Shown here piece after piece: positions 48,350 to 58,357 of a stretch of 64,000 nucleotides of DNA. The stretch's first letter is position 1, and each line of letters begins with the position of its first letter. The notes below the pieces were generated by a model. The model saw only the letters and a program-made list of their open reading frames with translations. It searched no databases and was not told where the DNA came from. The DNA lies in assembly GCA_965541585.1 (NCBI GenBank), contig CBEUCH010000001.1, forward strand, positions 393,460 to 457,459, in the 5' to 3' direction. This stretch comes from an uncultured bacterium (lineage in GTDB: Bacteria; Zixibacteria; MSB-5A5; UBA10806). The translations under genes and the position numbers were made by a program.

Positions 48350-50542
48350 TTATTTCAACAAAACCATTCTCTTCGATTCAACCGTTTCTGCCGTCTTTAA
48401 GCGATAGAAATAAATCCCGCTGGAAAGATGGGAAGCGTCGAACGTGATATGGTGAATTCCCGCCGGTCGATGAGCATCAAGCAACGTCTCGACCTCCCGG
48501 CCAAGGAGATCGTAGACGGTGAGCCTGACATCCCCCGGTTCGGGCAATGAAAAGCTGATTGAGGTGGAAGCGTTGAACGGATTCGGATAATTATGCTCAA
48601 GCGAAAACTGCTCAGGTAGGTTCTGTACTTCTTCAATGCCGGTTTGCGGGTCAAACCGCAAGATCATCAGTGAAGAAATGTCTGCTACGTAAATATAATT
48701 ACCAGCCACAAGAACATCAACAGCCTGGCCGCCCATATAGTATTCACCGGCAAATGTGGGGACTGCGGGGTCGGAAACGTCTATTATCTGGAGGCCGGAA
48801 TAATAACATGCCACATATGCGTAACCGCCGGAGACGAAAACGTCATAAGCACTACCCGGCGTATCGTAGTTTCCGGCGAGCGTCGGGTCCGTAGGCTCGG
48901 AAACGTCTATTATCTTAAGGCCGGCATATCCATCAGCCAAATAAGCGTAATCGCCGATGGCGAAGACGCCTATATAATCTCCACCCATGTCTGGAGAATA
49001 ATATCTTCCGGCGAACGTCGGGTTTGAGGGGTCGGAGACGTTTATTATCTCCAGGACGCCATCGGGATCAGATGGCCAGCAGACATAGGCGTAATTACCA
49101 GAGATGGAAACGTCAAAAATATCATAGGAGGTATCGTAGCTTCCGGATAATGTCGGATTTAAAGGATCAGAGACATTTATTATTCGGAGACCTGGATCCC
49201 AGGAATCAGCCACATAAGCGTAACTGCCGGAGACGAAAATGCCCACTGCCGCGCCCGGGGTATTACAACTTCCGACAGATCTCGGATTTGAAGGATCAGA
49301 GATATCCAAAATTTGAATACCAGGAAATGCGTCCGCCACGTAAGCGTAGCTGGCAGAAATAAAAACGGCATTGGCAGAGCCCGGCGTATCCCAGCTTCGG
49401 GTTATCGTCGGGTTTGCAGGGCTGGAAACGTCTATTATCTCGAGGATACCGTTGGGATTACGTGGCCAGCAGGCATATGCGTAACTCCCGGAGGCGAAAA
49501 TGCTGAAAACCTCATAGGGGGTATCGTAGCTTCCGGCTAAGGTTGGATTTGAGGAATTGGTGACATTTATTATTTTAATTCCGCGCTCGGCATCAGCCAT
49601 ATATGCGTAATTGCCGGATACGGAAACGCCACGGGCATCGCGGGTATCGTAACTTCCTACAAGTAACGGACTTGACGGGTCGGAAACGTTTATTATCTGA
49701 AGACCGGAATAGGAATCGGCCAAATAGGCGTAAACGCCGGAAATGAAAACGTTACAGGAGGAACTCGGTGTATCGCAGCTTCCGGCTAAGGTTGGGTCTG
49801 AGGGATCGGAAACATCGATTATCTGAAGGCCATCTTCGACGTCGGCCATATAGGCATAATTGCCGGTGACGAAAACGCCATCGGCATGGCCCGGGGTATC
49901 GTAACTTCCGGCCAGTATCGGATTTGCCGGGTCGGAAACGTCTATTATCTGGAGACCGTGAGCCCACTTGGCCACGTAGGCGTAACCTCTGGAGACAAAA
50001 ATACCATAGGCCCATTCCCCTATATCGTGTGATCCAACGAGCGTTGGATTCGAGGAGTCGGAGACGTCTATTATGTGAAGGCCCCCATCATTTCCATCAA
50101 CCACATAGGCATAACTGCCGGAGACGGAAACGTCAAAGCTCCATTCCGGCGTATCGCAGCTTCCTGTCAATATCGGATTTGACGGGTCGGAAATATCTAT
50201 TATCTGAAGGCCTGAATACCGACCGGTTACATAGGCATAACTGCCCGAAACGTCGAGACGGCGTCCGCGACCCTGTAAATGAAGCTGGCTCAGGAAGAGC
50301 GGGTTTGAAGGATCTGAGACGTCGAGAATCAACAGCCCATTGTGGAAGGCACAGTAGGCGAAATCATCGACGACCTGCACGTCTCTAACGTTATTCCATA
50401 GTGTCGAGCCGATATACTCAACATTCTGGGCGAATGCAGAACCGGCGAATGACGTACACAGGATCGCCACCAGCGAAATTGTAGATAATGGTTTTATTTT
50501 TTGCTCTCCTTGATGCTCACTATTCTTAATCTGCATATTCAT
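48350..50542 (-). CDS. LVIVD-repeat beta-propeller protein with T9SS type A C-terminal sorting domain
   Basis: Signal peptide, 13 full ~42-aa repeats (VSGNYAYVAD..GLQIIDVSDPSNP) plus one partial, C-terminal FSLEHNYPNPFN...SSGIYFYRL...KRMVLLK. Confidence 0.9.
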   Translation of the reverse strand: MNMQIKNSEHQGEQKIKPLSTISLVAILCTSFAGSAFAQNVEYIGSTLWNNVRDVQVVDDFAYCAFHNGLLILDVSDPSNPLFLSQLHLQGRGRRLDVSGSYAYVTGRYSGLQIIDISDPSNPILTGSCDTPEWSFDVSVSGSYAYVVDGNDGGLHIIDVSDSSNPTLVGSHDIGEWAYGIFVSRGYAYVAKWAHGLQIIDVSDPANPILAGSYDTPGHADGVFVTGNYAYMADVEDGLQIIDVSDPSDPTLAGSCDTPSSSCNVFISGVYAYLADSYSGLQIINVSDPSSPLLVGSYDTRDARGVSVSGNYAYMADAERGIKIINVTNSSNPTLAGSYDTPYEVFSIFASGSYAYACWPRNPNGILEIIDVSSPANPTITRSWDTPGSANAVFISASYAYVADAFPGIQILDISDPSNPRSVGSCNTPGAAVGIFVSGSYAYVADSWDPGLRIINVSDPLNPTLSGSYDTSYDIFDVSISGNYAYVCWPSDPDGVLEIINVSDPSNPTFAGRYYSPDMGGDYIGVFAIGDYAYLADGYAGLKIIDVSEPTDPTLAGNYDTPGSAYDVFVSGGYAYVACYYSGLQIIDVSDPAVPTFAGEYYMGGQAVDVLVAGNYIYVADISSLMILRFDPQTGIEEVQNLPEQFSLEHNYPNPFNASTSISFSLPEPGDVRLTVYDLLGREVETLLDAHRPAGIHHITFDASHLSSGIYFYRLKTAETVESKRMVLLK

Positions 50543-50650
50543 CGCAATGCCCTGGCCATCACGTTAACAGATGATAAAATTGACCCCGCAACCGCACCAA
50601 CAGAAGGGAACGTTCTATCCTGTCTATTTGATTACAAGAAATCCCACTAA

Positions 50651-50679
50651 ATAATACCTTCGAACTCCAATATTGTCAA
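50651..50679 (-). promoter_or_regulatory. sigma70 promoter of the LVIVD gene
   Basis: Minus strand TTGACA-17 bp-TATTAT. Confidence 0.65.
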
Positions 50680-50747
50680 GCGGAATGTCAGTATCAGGTT
50701 GGAGACGTACGTTGAGCATAAATCTATTGACTTCCCGACGCCCAATT

Positions 50748-50773
50748 GCTGGCAGGAAGGGGTTCCTGCCAGC
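50748..50773. repeat. REP-like perfect hairpin
   Basis: GCTGGCAGGAA-GGGG-TTCCTGCCAGC (11-bp perfect inverted repeat) in a divergent intergenic region, no U-tract. Confidence 0.6.
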
Positions 50774-50803
50774 GCACACGCAACGTCGTCGAGGCGTTAT
50801 TTG

Positions 50804-50832
50804 TTGACATATATATTGTTGAATGCCATATT
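50804..50832 (+). promoter_or_regulatory. Putative sigma70 promoter of arcE-arcC
   Basis: TTGACA-17 bp-CATATT with extended -10 TG. Confidence 0.45.
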
Positions 50833-50973
50833 CACCTCATGCATTACTGGTCCAAAAAGCTTTACGACCACTGATATCCCCTTTTTGTCGGGTTGTTACG
50901 ACAGCTTTAAAGATCAGATTCAAGCTTGTATAATGATCAGGAGAACTAATTAGGTTTGATAAATTGAGGATTT

Positions 50974-52311
50974 ATGAATAAGAAAAAAATAATCATAATG
51001 GGTGCGGCGGGAAGAGATTTTCACAATTTCAATCTTCTGTTCCGCGATAATGAGGCTTACGAGGTAGTCGCTTTCACCGCCACTCAAATCCCCGATATCG
51101 AAGACAGAAAATATCCCGCTAAACTTGCAGGGAAACTTTATCCGGACGGGATTTCGATCCATCCGGAATCACAACTCGCAACCCTGATAGCCAAACACAA
51201 AGTAGACGAGGTTGTATTTTCGTATTCCGATGTCAAGTATAACTATGTCATGTCCAGGACCGCCCTCGTTAACGCCGGCGGGGCTGATTTCAGGCTTGTG
51301 GGGGGATTTTCAACCATGCTGAAATCCGAAAAGCCGGTCATAGCAGTATGCGCGGTCAGAACCGGTTCTGGAAAATCTCAGAGCACACGCAGAGTATGTG
51401 AGATCCTCAAAGAGATGAATTTGAAAGCGGTAGTGGTACGTCACCCCATGCCTTATGGAGATCTATTGAAACAGATCTGTCAGCGTTTCGCCACGCTTGA
51501 GGATCTGGACAAGCATAAATGCACCATCGAGGAGCGCGAGGAATACGAGCCGCATATTGCCAGGGGCCAGGTTGTTTACGCTGGAGTCGATTACGATGTC
51601 ATTCTCAAAAGCGCTGAGGCCGAAGCTGATGTTGTGGTATGGGATGGAGGTAATAACGATCTTCCGTTTTACATGCCCGATCTGCATATCACTATAGTCG
51701 ATCCTCACAGGGCCGGCCACGAAACATCGTATTATCCCGGCGAGACGAATGTCCTGCTTTCGGATGTCATTATTATAAATAAAGTCGATACCGCTCCTCC
51801 AGAGGGGATTAACGCAGTGCGGGAATCCGTCCGGCAACTGAATCCCGGTGCGATAGTAATAGAGGCGGCTTCGCCGGTGTCGGTTGATGATGCCGATCTA
51901 ATCAAGGGAAAGCGAGTGCTGGTTATTGAAGACGGCCCGACATTAACTCATGGCGAAATGACATTTGGCGCAGGTATCGTGGCGGCCCAGAAATACGGTG
52001 CGGCTGAGATTGTGGATCCCCGTCCCTATACGGTGGCATCGATAACCGCCACCTATGAAAAATATCCCAGGATAGGGACTCTGTTACCGGCCATGGGATA
52101 CGGTGCAGAACAGTTAAAGGACCTGGAGACCACCATCAATAGTACCGAATGCGATACAGTTATAGTCGCCACCCCTATCGACCTGGGCCGGATCATCAAG
52201 ATCAGCAAACCGTCGGTACGGGTCCGTTACGAATTGCAGGAGACAGGGAAACCGAGCCTCGGCGACGTGATAAGAGATTTTTTCGAAAAGCCAGGCAAAG
52301 AAAAAGAATGA
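50974..52311 (+). CDS. arcE: Arginine synthetase ArcE-like P-loop protein (family often annotated GTPase or cyclic 2,3-diphosphoglycerate synthetase)
   Basis: GAAGRDFHNFN..EVVAFTATQIP, RTGSGKS P-loop, RHPMPYG, EEREEYEPH, WDGGNND, EDGPTLTHG; overlaps carbamate kinase. Confidence 0.75.
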   Translation: MNKKKIIIMGAAGRDFHNFNLLFRDNEAYEVVAFTATQIPDIEDRKYPAKLAGKLYPDGISIHPESQLATLIAKHKVDEVVFSYSDVKYNYVMSRTALVNAGGADFRLVGGFSTMLKSEKPVIAVCAVRTGSGKSQSTRRVCEILKEMNLKAVVVRHPMPYGDLLKQICQRFATLEDLDKHKCTIEEREEYEPHIARGQVVYAGVDYDVILKSAEAEADVVVWDGGNNDLPFYMPDLHITIVDPHRAGHETSYYPGETNVLLSDVIIINKVDTAPPEGINAVRESVRQLNPGAIVIEAASPVSVDDADLIKGKRVLVIEDGPTLTHGEMTFGAGIVAAQKYGAAEIVDPRPYTVASITATYEKYPRIGTLLPAMGYGAEQLKDLETTINSTECDTVIVATPIDLGRIIKISKPSVRVRYELQETGKPSLGDVIRDFFEKPGKEKE

Positions 52312-53252
52312 ATGTGAAAAAGGCTGTAGTTGCCCTCGGCGGTAACGCTATATCCAACCGCGATCGGGAGGATACTATTTCTCACCAGTTCGAGAACACA
52401 TATGCCAGCCTGGGCTCCATCGTGGAGCTGATCAAAGACGGCTATCAGTTGGCGATCACTCACGGTAACGGTCCCCAGGTGGGAAACGCTCTGTTGCGTG
52501 TGGAGCTGGCCAAGGGAAAAGCCCCCATATTGCCTCTCTATATCTGTGTAGCGGATCTCCAGGGCGGCATGGGTCATATGATTGCCCAGTGTCTTCAGAA
52601 CCGCCTGAAAAAGGAAGGGATAGCTCGAGAAGTTGTGACAATGGTATCCCAGGTGCTCGTCGATGAGAACGATTCGGCCTTTGCCAGACCCACCAAGTTC
52701 ATAGGCCAGTTTTATGATGAGAAGACCGCTGAAATACTGCATAAAGAGATGGGCTGGAAAATGACTCCATTTCCCGGGGATAAGAGATGGCGTCGCGTAG
52801 TGCCATCCCCCAGACCTTTGAAGTTGATCGAGCGAAAAACGATCAACAGGCTTCTGGATAATAACAGCATAGTCATAGCGGCTGGCGGTGGCGGTATACC
52901 GGTTGTCTGCAGAGATGAAAAGCTATTCGGAGTTGACGCCGTAATCGACAAAGATCTGGCGGCGGCAGCGATGGCCAGAGATATCGGCGCGGAGCTTCTT
53001 ATCATTTTCACTGACGTTGACAGAGTGGCTATCAATTTCGGCAAACCCGATCAAAAGGATCTTGACGAAGTTACACTTGGTGAGATAAAAGCCTATCGTG
53101 ATGAGGGACATTTCCCGGCTGGTTCCATGGGGCCGAAGATAGAGGCCGCAATTGACTTTCTGGATAACGGCGGCGGGAAAGTTATTATCAGCTCCATAGC
53201 GAGGGGTTATGAAGCGGTGGTCGGCAAAGCCGGCACCAGGATATTGCCATAA
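52308..53252 (+). CDS. arcC: Carbamate kinase
   Basis: VALGGNA, THGNGPQVG, PTKFIG, WRRVVPSP, GGGGIPV, AVIDKD, GSMGPKIEAA; ATG 52308 overlaps the upstream stop. Confidence 0.95.
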   Translation: MNVKKAVVALGGNAISNRDREDTISHQFENTYASLGSIVELIKDGYQLAITHGNGPQVGNALLRVELAKGKAPILPLYICVADLQGGMGHMIAQCLQNRLKKEGIAREVVTMVSQVLVDENDSAFARPTKFIGQFYDEKTAEILHKEMGWKMTPFPGDKRWRRVVPSPRPLKLIERKTINRLLDNNSIVIAAGGGGIPVVCRDEKLFGVDAVIDKDLAAAAMARDIGAELLIIFTDVDRVAINFGKPDQKDLDEVTLGEIKAYRDEGHFPAGSMGPKIEAAIDFLDNGGGKVIISSIARGYEAVVGKAGTRILP

Positions 53253-53299
53253 GATTTTAATAGTAATCCGTAGAAAAACAATCGCAAATACATAAAGAA

Positions 53300-54655
53300 A
53301 TGAAACACGCCCTGTCCCCTGGTCTTTCCGAGAGTATCTTAAAAGCCGGCAAACTTTATGAGGTAGGCGGTTCTGTTCGCGATTCGCTGGTCAACCCCGA
53401 TTTCGAACTCAAGGATCGGGATTACCTGGTCACCGGCATTCCTCTTGAAGATCTGATATCCATTCTGCGGCGGTTCGGGCGGGTAGATGTCGTGGGCAGG
53501 TCATTCGGAGTTATTAAATTCACCCCGAAAGGGCAGGATTCTACATGCGATATGGCCATACCCAGGACCGAAAAATCGACCGGCATTGCTCATAAAGATT
53601 TCGAAGTTTCATATGATCCCGATCTTTCGGTGGAGGTTGATCTCAAACGTCGTGATTTCACTATCAACGCCATGGCCAGGGAAATCCCCTCCGGGGAGTT
53701 GATCGATCCCTGCGGCGGAAAGCAGGATATTCGGAAGAAAATTATTCGGATCGTCTTCCCGAAAGCGATAGCAGAGGACCCGCTGAGGATTCTAAGAGGC
53801 ACACAGTTTTCAGCACGTTTTGAATTCCAGATAGAAGCCGGTACGTTGCGGTCCATGAAAGAAAGTGCCGCACTTTTGAAGACTGTATCTCCGGAGAGGA
53901 TGGCCGAGGAGATCGGCAAAATGCTTACGAAAGCGGATAAGCCCTCGATAGGATTTCGCTACTTACTCGAAATCGGCGCGCTGGATATCATATTCCCCGA
54001 GCTGGTCGAATGCATCGGGGTCGATCAACCCGGCGGTTACCATAAGTGGGATGTTTTCGATCATACCATGGTCTGTGTTGATAATGCACCGAGGCGGTTG
54101 GCCGTCCGCCTGGCGGCTTTATTCCATGATATTGGCAAGCCGCAAACCAGGGAATTAGTCAAAGATGGAGCTACTTTTTACGGACATGACAGGCTTTCGG
54201 CGACTATGGCGACGAAGGCTCTCAAGAGATTGCGATACTCCAACGAGATAATCGAACAGGTCTCGAAATTGGTTTCCAAACATATGTTCAGCGACAGTGC
54301 GGGCGAAAAAGGCGTGAGGCGTTTGATCAGGGCCGTTGGGATAGAGTTTATATATGACCTTCTGGATTTGCGAAGGGCGGATATTGTAGCTCAGGGAATG
54401 GGTCAGGATCCATCGGAGGTGGATGAATTCGAGGCCAGGGTTACCGAAGAAATCGAGAAAAAATCACCGTTTGGTTTTCAGGATCTGGCAGTCAATGGAG
54501 ATGAAATAAAATCCGAATTCGGCATTCCGGAAGGGCCTCTGGTCGGTCAGATCCTGGATGACCTTTTGGAGATGGTTCTGGATGATCCCTCCTCCAATAT
54601 TCGGGAGACACTGCTATTGAAGGCAAAAGAGTTTTTGGCTCAACAGCGGTCTTGA
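53300..54655 (+). CDS. CCA tRNA nucleotidyltransferase / poly(A) polymerase family with HD domain
   Basis: VGGSVRD, DRDY, DLKRRDFTINAMA, EDPLRILR, SPER, FHDIGKP, FYGHD. Confidence 0.92.
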   Translation: MKHALSPGLSESILKAGKLYEVGGSVRDSLVNPDFELKDRDYLVTGIPLEDLISILRRFGRVDVVGRSFGVIKFTPKGQDSTCDMAIPRTEKSTGIAHKDFEVSYDPDLSVEVDLKRRDFTINAMAREIPSGELIDPCGGKQDIRKKIIRIVFPKAIAEDPLRILRGTQFSARFEFQIEAGTLRSMKESAALLKTVSPERMAEEIGKMLTKADKPSIGFRYLLEIGALDIIFPELVECIGVDQPGGYHKWDVFDHTMVCVDNAPRRLAVRLAALFHDIGKPQTRELVKDGATFYGHDRLSATMATKALKRLRYSNEIIEQVSKLVSKHMFSDSAGEKGVRRLIRAVGIEFIYDLLDLRRADIVAQGMGQDPSEVDEFEARVTEEIEKKSPFGFQDLAVNGDEIKSEFGIPEGPLVGQILDDLLEMVLDDPSSNIRETLLLKAKEFLAQQRS

Positions 54656-54741
54656 CATTGGAGAAAAATTTCACTTAATAAGCGGATCGAAAACATGGCT
54701 TAATGGCCTTGGTTTACCGGAGGAAGAATGGAGAGCAGTGC

Positions 54742-55872
54742 ATGAAAATACATGAATACCAAGCCAAAGAGATTTTTTCAAGATTCGATATACCGATCCC
54801 CAAGGGCGAGGTTACCTCATCTCCCGATGAAACCAGGCAGATTGCCGTTAGGTATGAAAAGCCGGTCATGGTGAAAGCCCAGGTGCATGTGGGCGGCCGG
54901 GGAAAGGCCGGGGGTATCAAATACTGTGCCGATCCCGACGAGGCGTATTTCGCAGCGGAGGAAATTCTCGGGATGGACATAAAGGGATTACCGGTGAAAA
55001 AGATCCTGGTGACGGATGCCCTTGATATCGTCAATGAGGCGTATGTGGGCGTTGTATTGGATCGGTTAAGCAAAAAGCCGGTCATTATGGTTTCACCGGC
55101 GGGAGGCATTGATATCGAAGAGGTGGCGAGGGAGACGCCGGAGAAGATCATGAAATTCGAGGTTGACCCGATTTTGGGCCTGCGCGGGTTTGAAGCCACC
55201 AGGCTGGCAATGTTCGTCTATGACGATTTCAGACTCGCTCGCCAGTGTGCGGGAATAATAAGAAAGCTTTTTAAAGTTTTCATTGATAATGATGCCTCGC
55301 TGGCGGAAATCAATCCGCTCATAGTCACAAAAGAAGGTCAGCTTATAGCGCTGGATGCCAAGATCAATCTCGACGATAACGGCCTTTACCGTCATCTCGA
55401 TCTGGAGGCGATGAGAGACCCGGATGCCGAGGAACCGGAGGAAGCAGATGCCCGAAAGGCGGATCTCTCCTACGTTAAGCTCGACGGCGATATAGGATGC
55501 TGTGTCAACGGCGCCGGATTGGCCATGGCCACCATGGATCTGGTCAAGCACCTGGGCGGCACGGCGGCGAACTTTCTGGATATCGGCGGATCATCATCGC
55601 CGGAAAAGGTCATCGCTGCCATGAAGATTATCCTGGGAGATCCGAACGTGAAGGTTATACTTTTTAATATCTTCGGAGGTATCACAAGGTGCGATGATGT
55701 TGCCAGAGGAATAGTGGAGGCCGTGGGGCATTTGAAGCCCGGAGTTCCGATCGTGGTTCGTCTGACGGGCACCAACGAGGATAAAGCTCGCAAAATTCTC
55801 AAGGAGATCGGCCTGGAGGCGACTTCATCCATGGAGGATGCGGTTAAAATGGCTCTGGAAAAGGCGGCATAG
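54742..55872 (+). CDS. sucC: Succinate--CoA ligase beta subunit
   Basis: [56 protein letters not shown]. Confidence 0.96.
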   Translation: MKIHEYQAKEIFSRFDIPIPKGEVTSSPDETRQIAVRYEKPVMVKAQVHVGGRGKAGGIKYCADPDEAYFAAEEILGMDIKGLPVKKILVTDALDIVNEAYVGVVLDRLSKKPVIMVSPAGGIDIEEVARETPEKIMKFEVDPILGLRGFEATRLAMFVYDDFRLARQCAGIIRKLFKVFIDNDASLAEINPLIVTKEGQLIALDAKINLDDNGLYRHLDLEAMRDPDAEEPEEADARKADLSYVKLDGDIGCCVNGAGLAMATMDLVKHLGGTAANFLDIGGSSSPEKVIAAMKIILGDPNVKVILFNIFGGITRCDDVARGIVEAVGHLKPGVPIVVRLTGTNEDKARKILKEIGLEATSSMEDAVKMALEKAA

Positions 55873-55907
55873 AATCTTGGATATTTCGGGTTAGACGGGG
55901 GAATAGA

Positions 55908-56927
55908 ATGGCAATATTCGTTGATAGAAAGACCAGACTGATCGTGCAGGGTATAACCGGGCGCGACGGTTCCTTTCATACAAAGCAGATGCTCGATTAC
56001 GGCACGAAAGTCGTCGGCGGCGTAACTCCCGGTAAAGGAGGCACAAATGCTCACGGGGTTCCCGTCTTCGATACCATGGCGGAGGCAGTGGCAAAGACCA
56101 GAGCCAACGCCTCGGTGATCTACGTGCCGCCGCAATTTGCTGTGGATGCCATATATGAGGCTGCCGAGGCCGGAATCAGCCTTATAGTCTGTATCACGGA
56201 GGGTTTGCCTGCCAATGATATGCTTTTGGTGTACCATTATCTGAAATCGAAGAGGGTCAGGCTGATCGGCCCGAATTGCCCCGGCATCATCTCTCCGGGA
56301 TTGACCAAGGTGGGCATCATGCCGGGCCAGATACATAAAAAGGGAGATATCGGTGTGGTTTCGCGTTCCGGCACCCTGACCTATGAAATTGTCTATCATC
56401 TGACGCAGGCCGGCCTGGGGCAGTCGAGCTGTATAGGTATCGGCGGTGATCCGGTGATCGGCACGGATTTCATCGATTGTCTTGAAGCGTATGAGAACGA
56501 TTCGGCCACAAAGGCAGTTGTAATGATTGGAGAGATCGGCGGTTCAGATGAGGAGATGGCGGCTGAGTTCATAAAAAAGAAGATGAAGAAGCCGGTGGTA
56601 GGATTCATAGCCGGCCGCACAGCCCCCCCTGGTAAGAGGATGGGACATGCCGGCGCCATCATTTCGGGCTCGTCCGGATTGGCATCCGATAAGATTGCAG
56701 CTTTAAACAGCGTCGGGGTGCCGGTAGCGGATATTCCATCGCAGGTGCCGATATTAATCAATGAGCTTCTGGCGCCGAAGAAGCGAAAGATGGCGAAAAA
56801 AGCGGGAAAGAAAGCGACTCCGGCTAATGTCAGGAAACCGCCCGCCAAAAAGAAAGCGGGCAGGAAAAAGGCCAAGGCTAGATCCAAAAAGAAGATGCAG
56901 AAGTCGCGGAAATCCAGGAAAAGATAA
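55908..56927 (+). CDS. sucD: Succinate--CoA ligase alpha subunit with ~50-aa Lys/Arg-rich C-terminal extension
   Basis: [34 protein letters not shown]. Confidence 0.96.
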   Translation: MAIFVDRKTRLIVQGITGRDGSFHTKQMLDYGTKVVGGVTPGKGGTNAHGVPVFDTMAEAVAKTRANASVIYVPPQFAVDAIYEAAEAGISLIVCITEGLPANDMLLVYHYLKSKRVRLIGPNCPGIISPGLTKVGIMPGQIHKKGDIGVVSRSGTLTYEIVYHLTQAGLGQSSCIGIGGDPVIGTDFIDCLEAYENDSATKAVVMIGEIGGSDEEMAAEFIKKKMKKPVVGFIAGRTAPPGKRMGHAGAIISGSSGLASDKIAALNSVGVPVADIPSQVPILINELLAPKKRKMAKKAGKKATPANVRKPPAKKKAGRKKAKARSKKKMQKSRKSRKR

Positions 56928-56929
56928 AG

Positions 56930-57160
56930 ATGGCGATGGTCGAGGAAGCTAAGAAGAAATGGAAAAAACGCACCGATCCGGTTGTGATCTATAAAAAATG
57001 GTGTAAAACCTGTAATATCTGTATCGAAATGTGCCCGAAAAAGGTATTCGATATCGATCCGGATGGATATCCGGTTGTTGCCAGAGGTCTGGACTGCACC
57101 CAGTGTTCGATTTGCTGGTTGCACTGTCCCGAATTCGCGATAACATCCAATGAAAAATAG
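56930..57160 (+). CDS. korD: 2[4Fe-4S] ferredoxin-like delta subunit of 2-oxoglutarate oxidoreductase
   Basis: CKTCNICIEMCP and CTQCSICWLHCP. Confidence 0.8.
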   Translation: MAMVEEAKKKWKKRTDPVVIYKKWCKTCNICIEMCPKKVFDIDPDGYPVVARGLDCTQCSICWLHCPEFAITSNEK

Positions 57161-57178
57161 AATCGTGCAAGCTTCTGA

Positions 57179-58357
57179 TTGAGTACAATGGTGTTCACAT
57201 CGAGAAAACCACAGATTTATAGAACCAACACGCCTCTTTTGATGCAGGGAAACGAAGCCTGCAGTTGGGGCGCGCTGGCAGCCGGATGCAACTTTTTCGC
57301 CGGGTATCCGATCACGCCCTCGACGGAGATCGCGGAGATTTTGGCCCGCAATCTGCCGAGGATCGGAGGGCATTTTATTCAGATGGAGGACGAGATTGCC
57401 TCCATAGCAGCCGTTATCGGAGCCTCGGTTGCGGGAGCTAAGGCTATGACCGCCACCTCGGGCCCTGGCTTTTCGCTGATGCAGGAAAATCTGGGGTATG
57501 CTTACATGGCCGAAGTGCCAATTGTGGTTATAGACGTTCAGCGCGGCGGGCCGTCGACAGGACTGCCCACAAAGGTCTCGCAGGGCGATTCCATGCAGGC
57601 CAAATGGGGAACGCACGGAGACTACTATCCCATAGTCCTGGTGCCGTCGTCGGTGAAAGAATGTTTCGATTTAACCGTTAGAGCGTTCAATTTATCGGAG
57701 CAATACCGGAGCCCCGTAATCGTCCTGGCCGATGAGGTTCTCGGACATATGAGGGAAGTGGTGAGTTTGCCTGCGTCGGAGGAGTTGAAAATAAGAAATC
57801 GGGCCAAGCCGGTAGAACCGCCGGAATGGTACAAACATTTCGAGATTACTCCCGATTATCGATCTCCCATGGCGTCATTCGGCGAAGGATACAGATTCCA
57901 TCTGACCGGCCTGACACACGATGAGTATGGATTTCCCACGGCGAATCCGGGTGAGATTCACAACAAGCTTGAAAAGCTGAAACTGAAAACGCAACGTCAT
58001 ACCCGCGACATATGCGAAGTTCGGACAGAATTGATGGATGATGCGCATATCCTGGTGTTTGCTTACGGATCCACGGCGAGAGCGGCCAGGCAGGCTATTA
58101 GAATCGCCCGCAAGAAGAGGTTCAAGGTCGGGATGATGCAGCCGCTTACTCTATGGCCATTTCCTGACGAACCGGTCCGCAGGATTCTGGAGAATGTCAA
58201 TCTGGTGGTCGTGCCTGAGCTAAATCAGGGGCAGATAATCGGAGAAATACGAAGATTGAACCATCGTCACCTGAAAATAGTCGGTTTAAACAGGTTCGAC
58301 GGCGAACTGATTACGCCGCAGCAGATCGTCGACAAGATTAAAGAGGAGCGGCTTTAG
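57179..58357 (+). CDS. korA: 2-oxoglutarate:ferredoxin oxidoreductase alpha subunit
   Basis: GNEA, GYPITPSTE, QMEDE, TSGPG, QRGGPSTGLPT; sucCD context (start may be ATG 57188). Confidence 0.85.
   Translation: MSTMVFTSRKPQIYRTNTPLLMQGNEACSWGALAAGCNFFAGYPITPSTEIAEILARNLPRIGGHFIQMEDEIASIAAVIGASVAGAKAMTATSGPGFSLMQENLGYAYMAEVPIVVIDVQRGGPSTGLPTKVSQGDSMQAKWGTHGDYYPIVLVPSSVKECFDLTVRAFNLSEQYRSPVIVLADEVLGHMREVVSLPASEELKIRNRAKPVEPPEWYKHFEITPDYRSPMASFGEGYRFHLTGLTHDEYGFPTANPGEIHNKLEKLKLKTQRHTRDICEVRTELMDDAHILVFAYGSTARAARQAIRIARKKRFKVGMMQPLTLWPFPDEPVRRILENVNLVVVPELNQGQIIGEIRRLNHRHLKIVGLNRFDGELITPQQIVDKIKEERL

Noticed and set aside
52149..52307. N-terminal extensions given by the ORF track for arcC (also DUF2232, sucC, larE, ndk, LpoA-like)
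   Set aside because: They mostly overlap upstream genes; downstream starts match the family N-termini and RBS or coupling signals.
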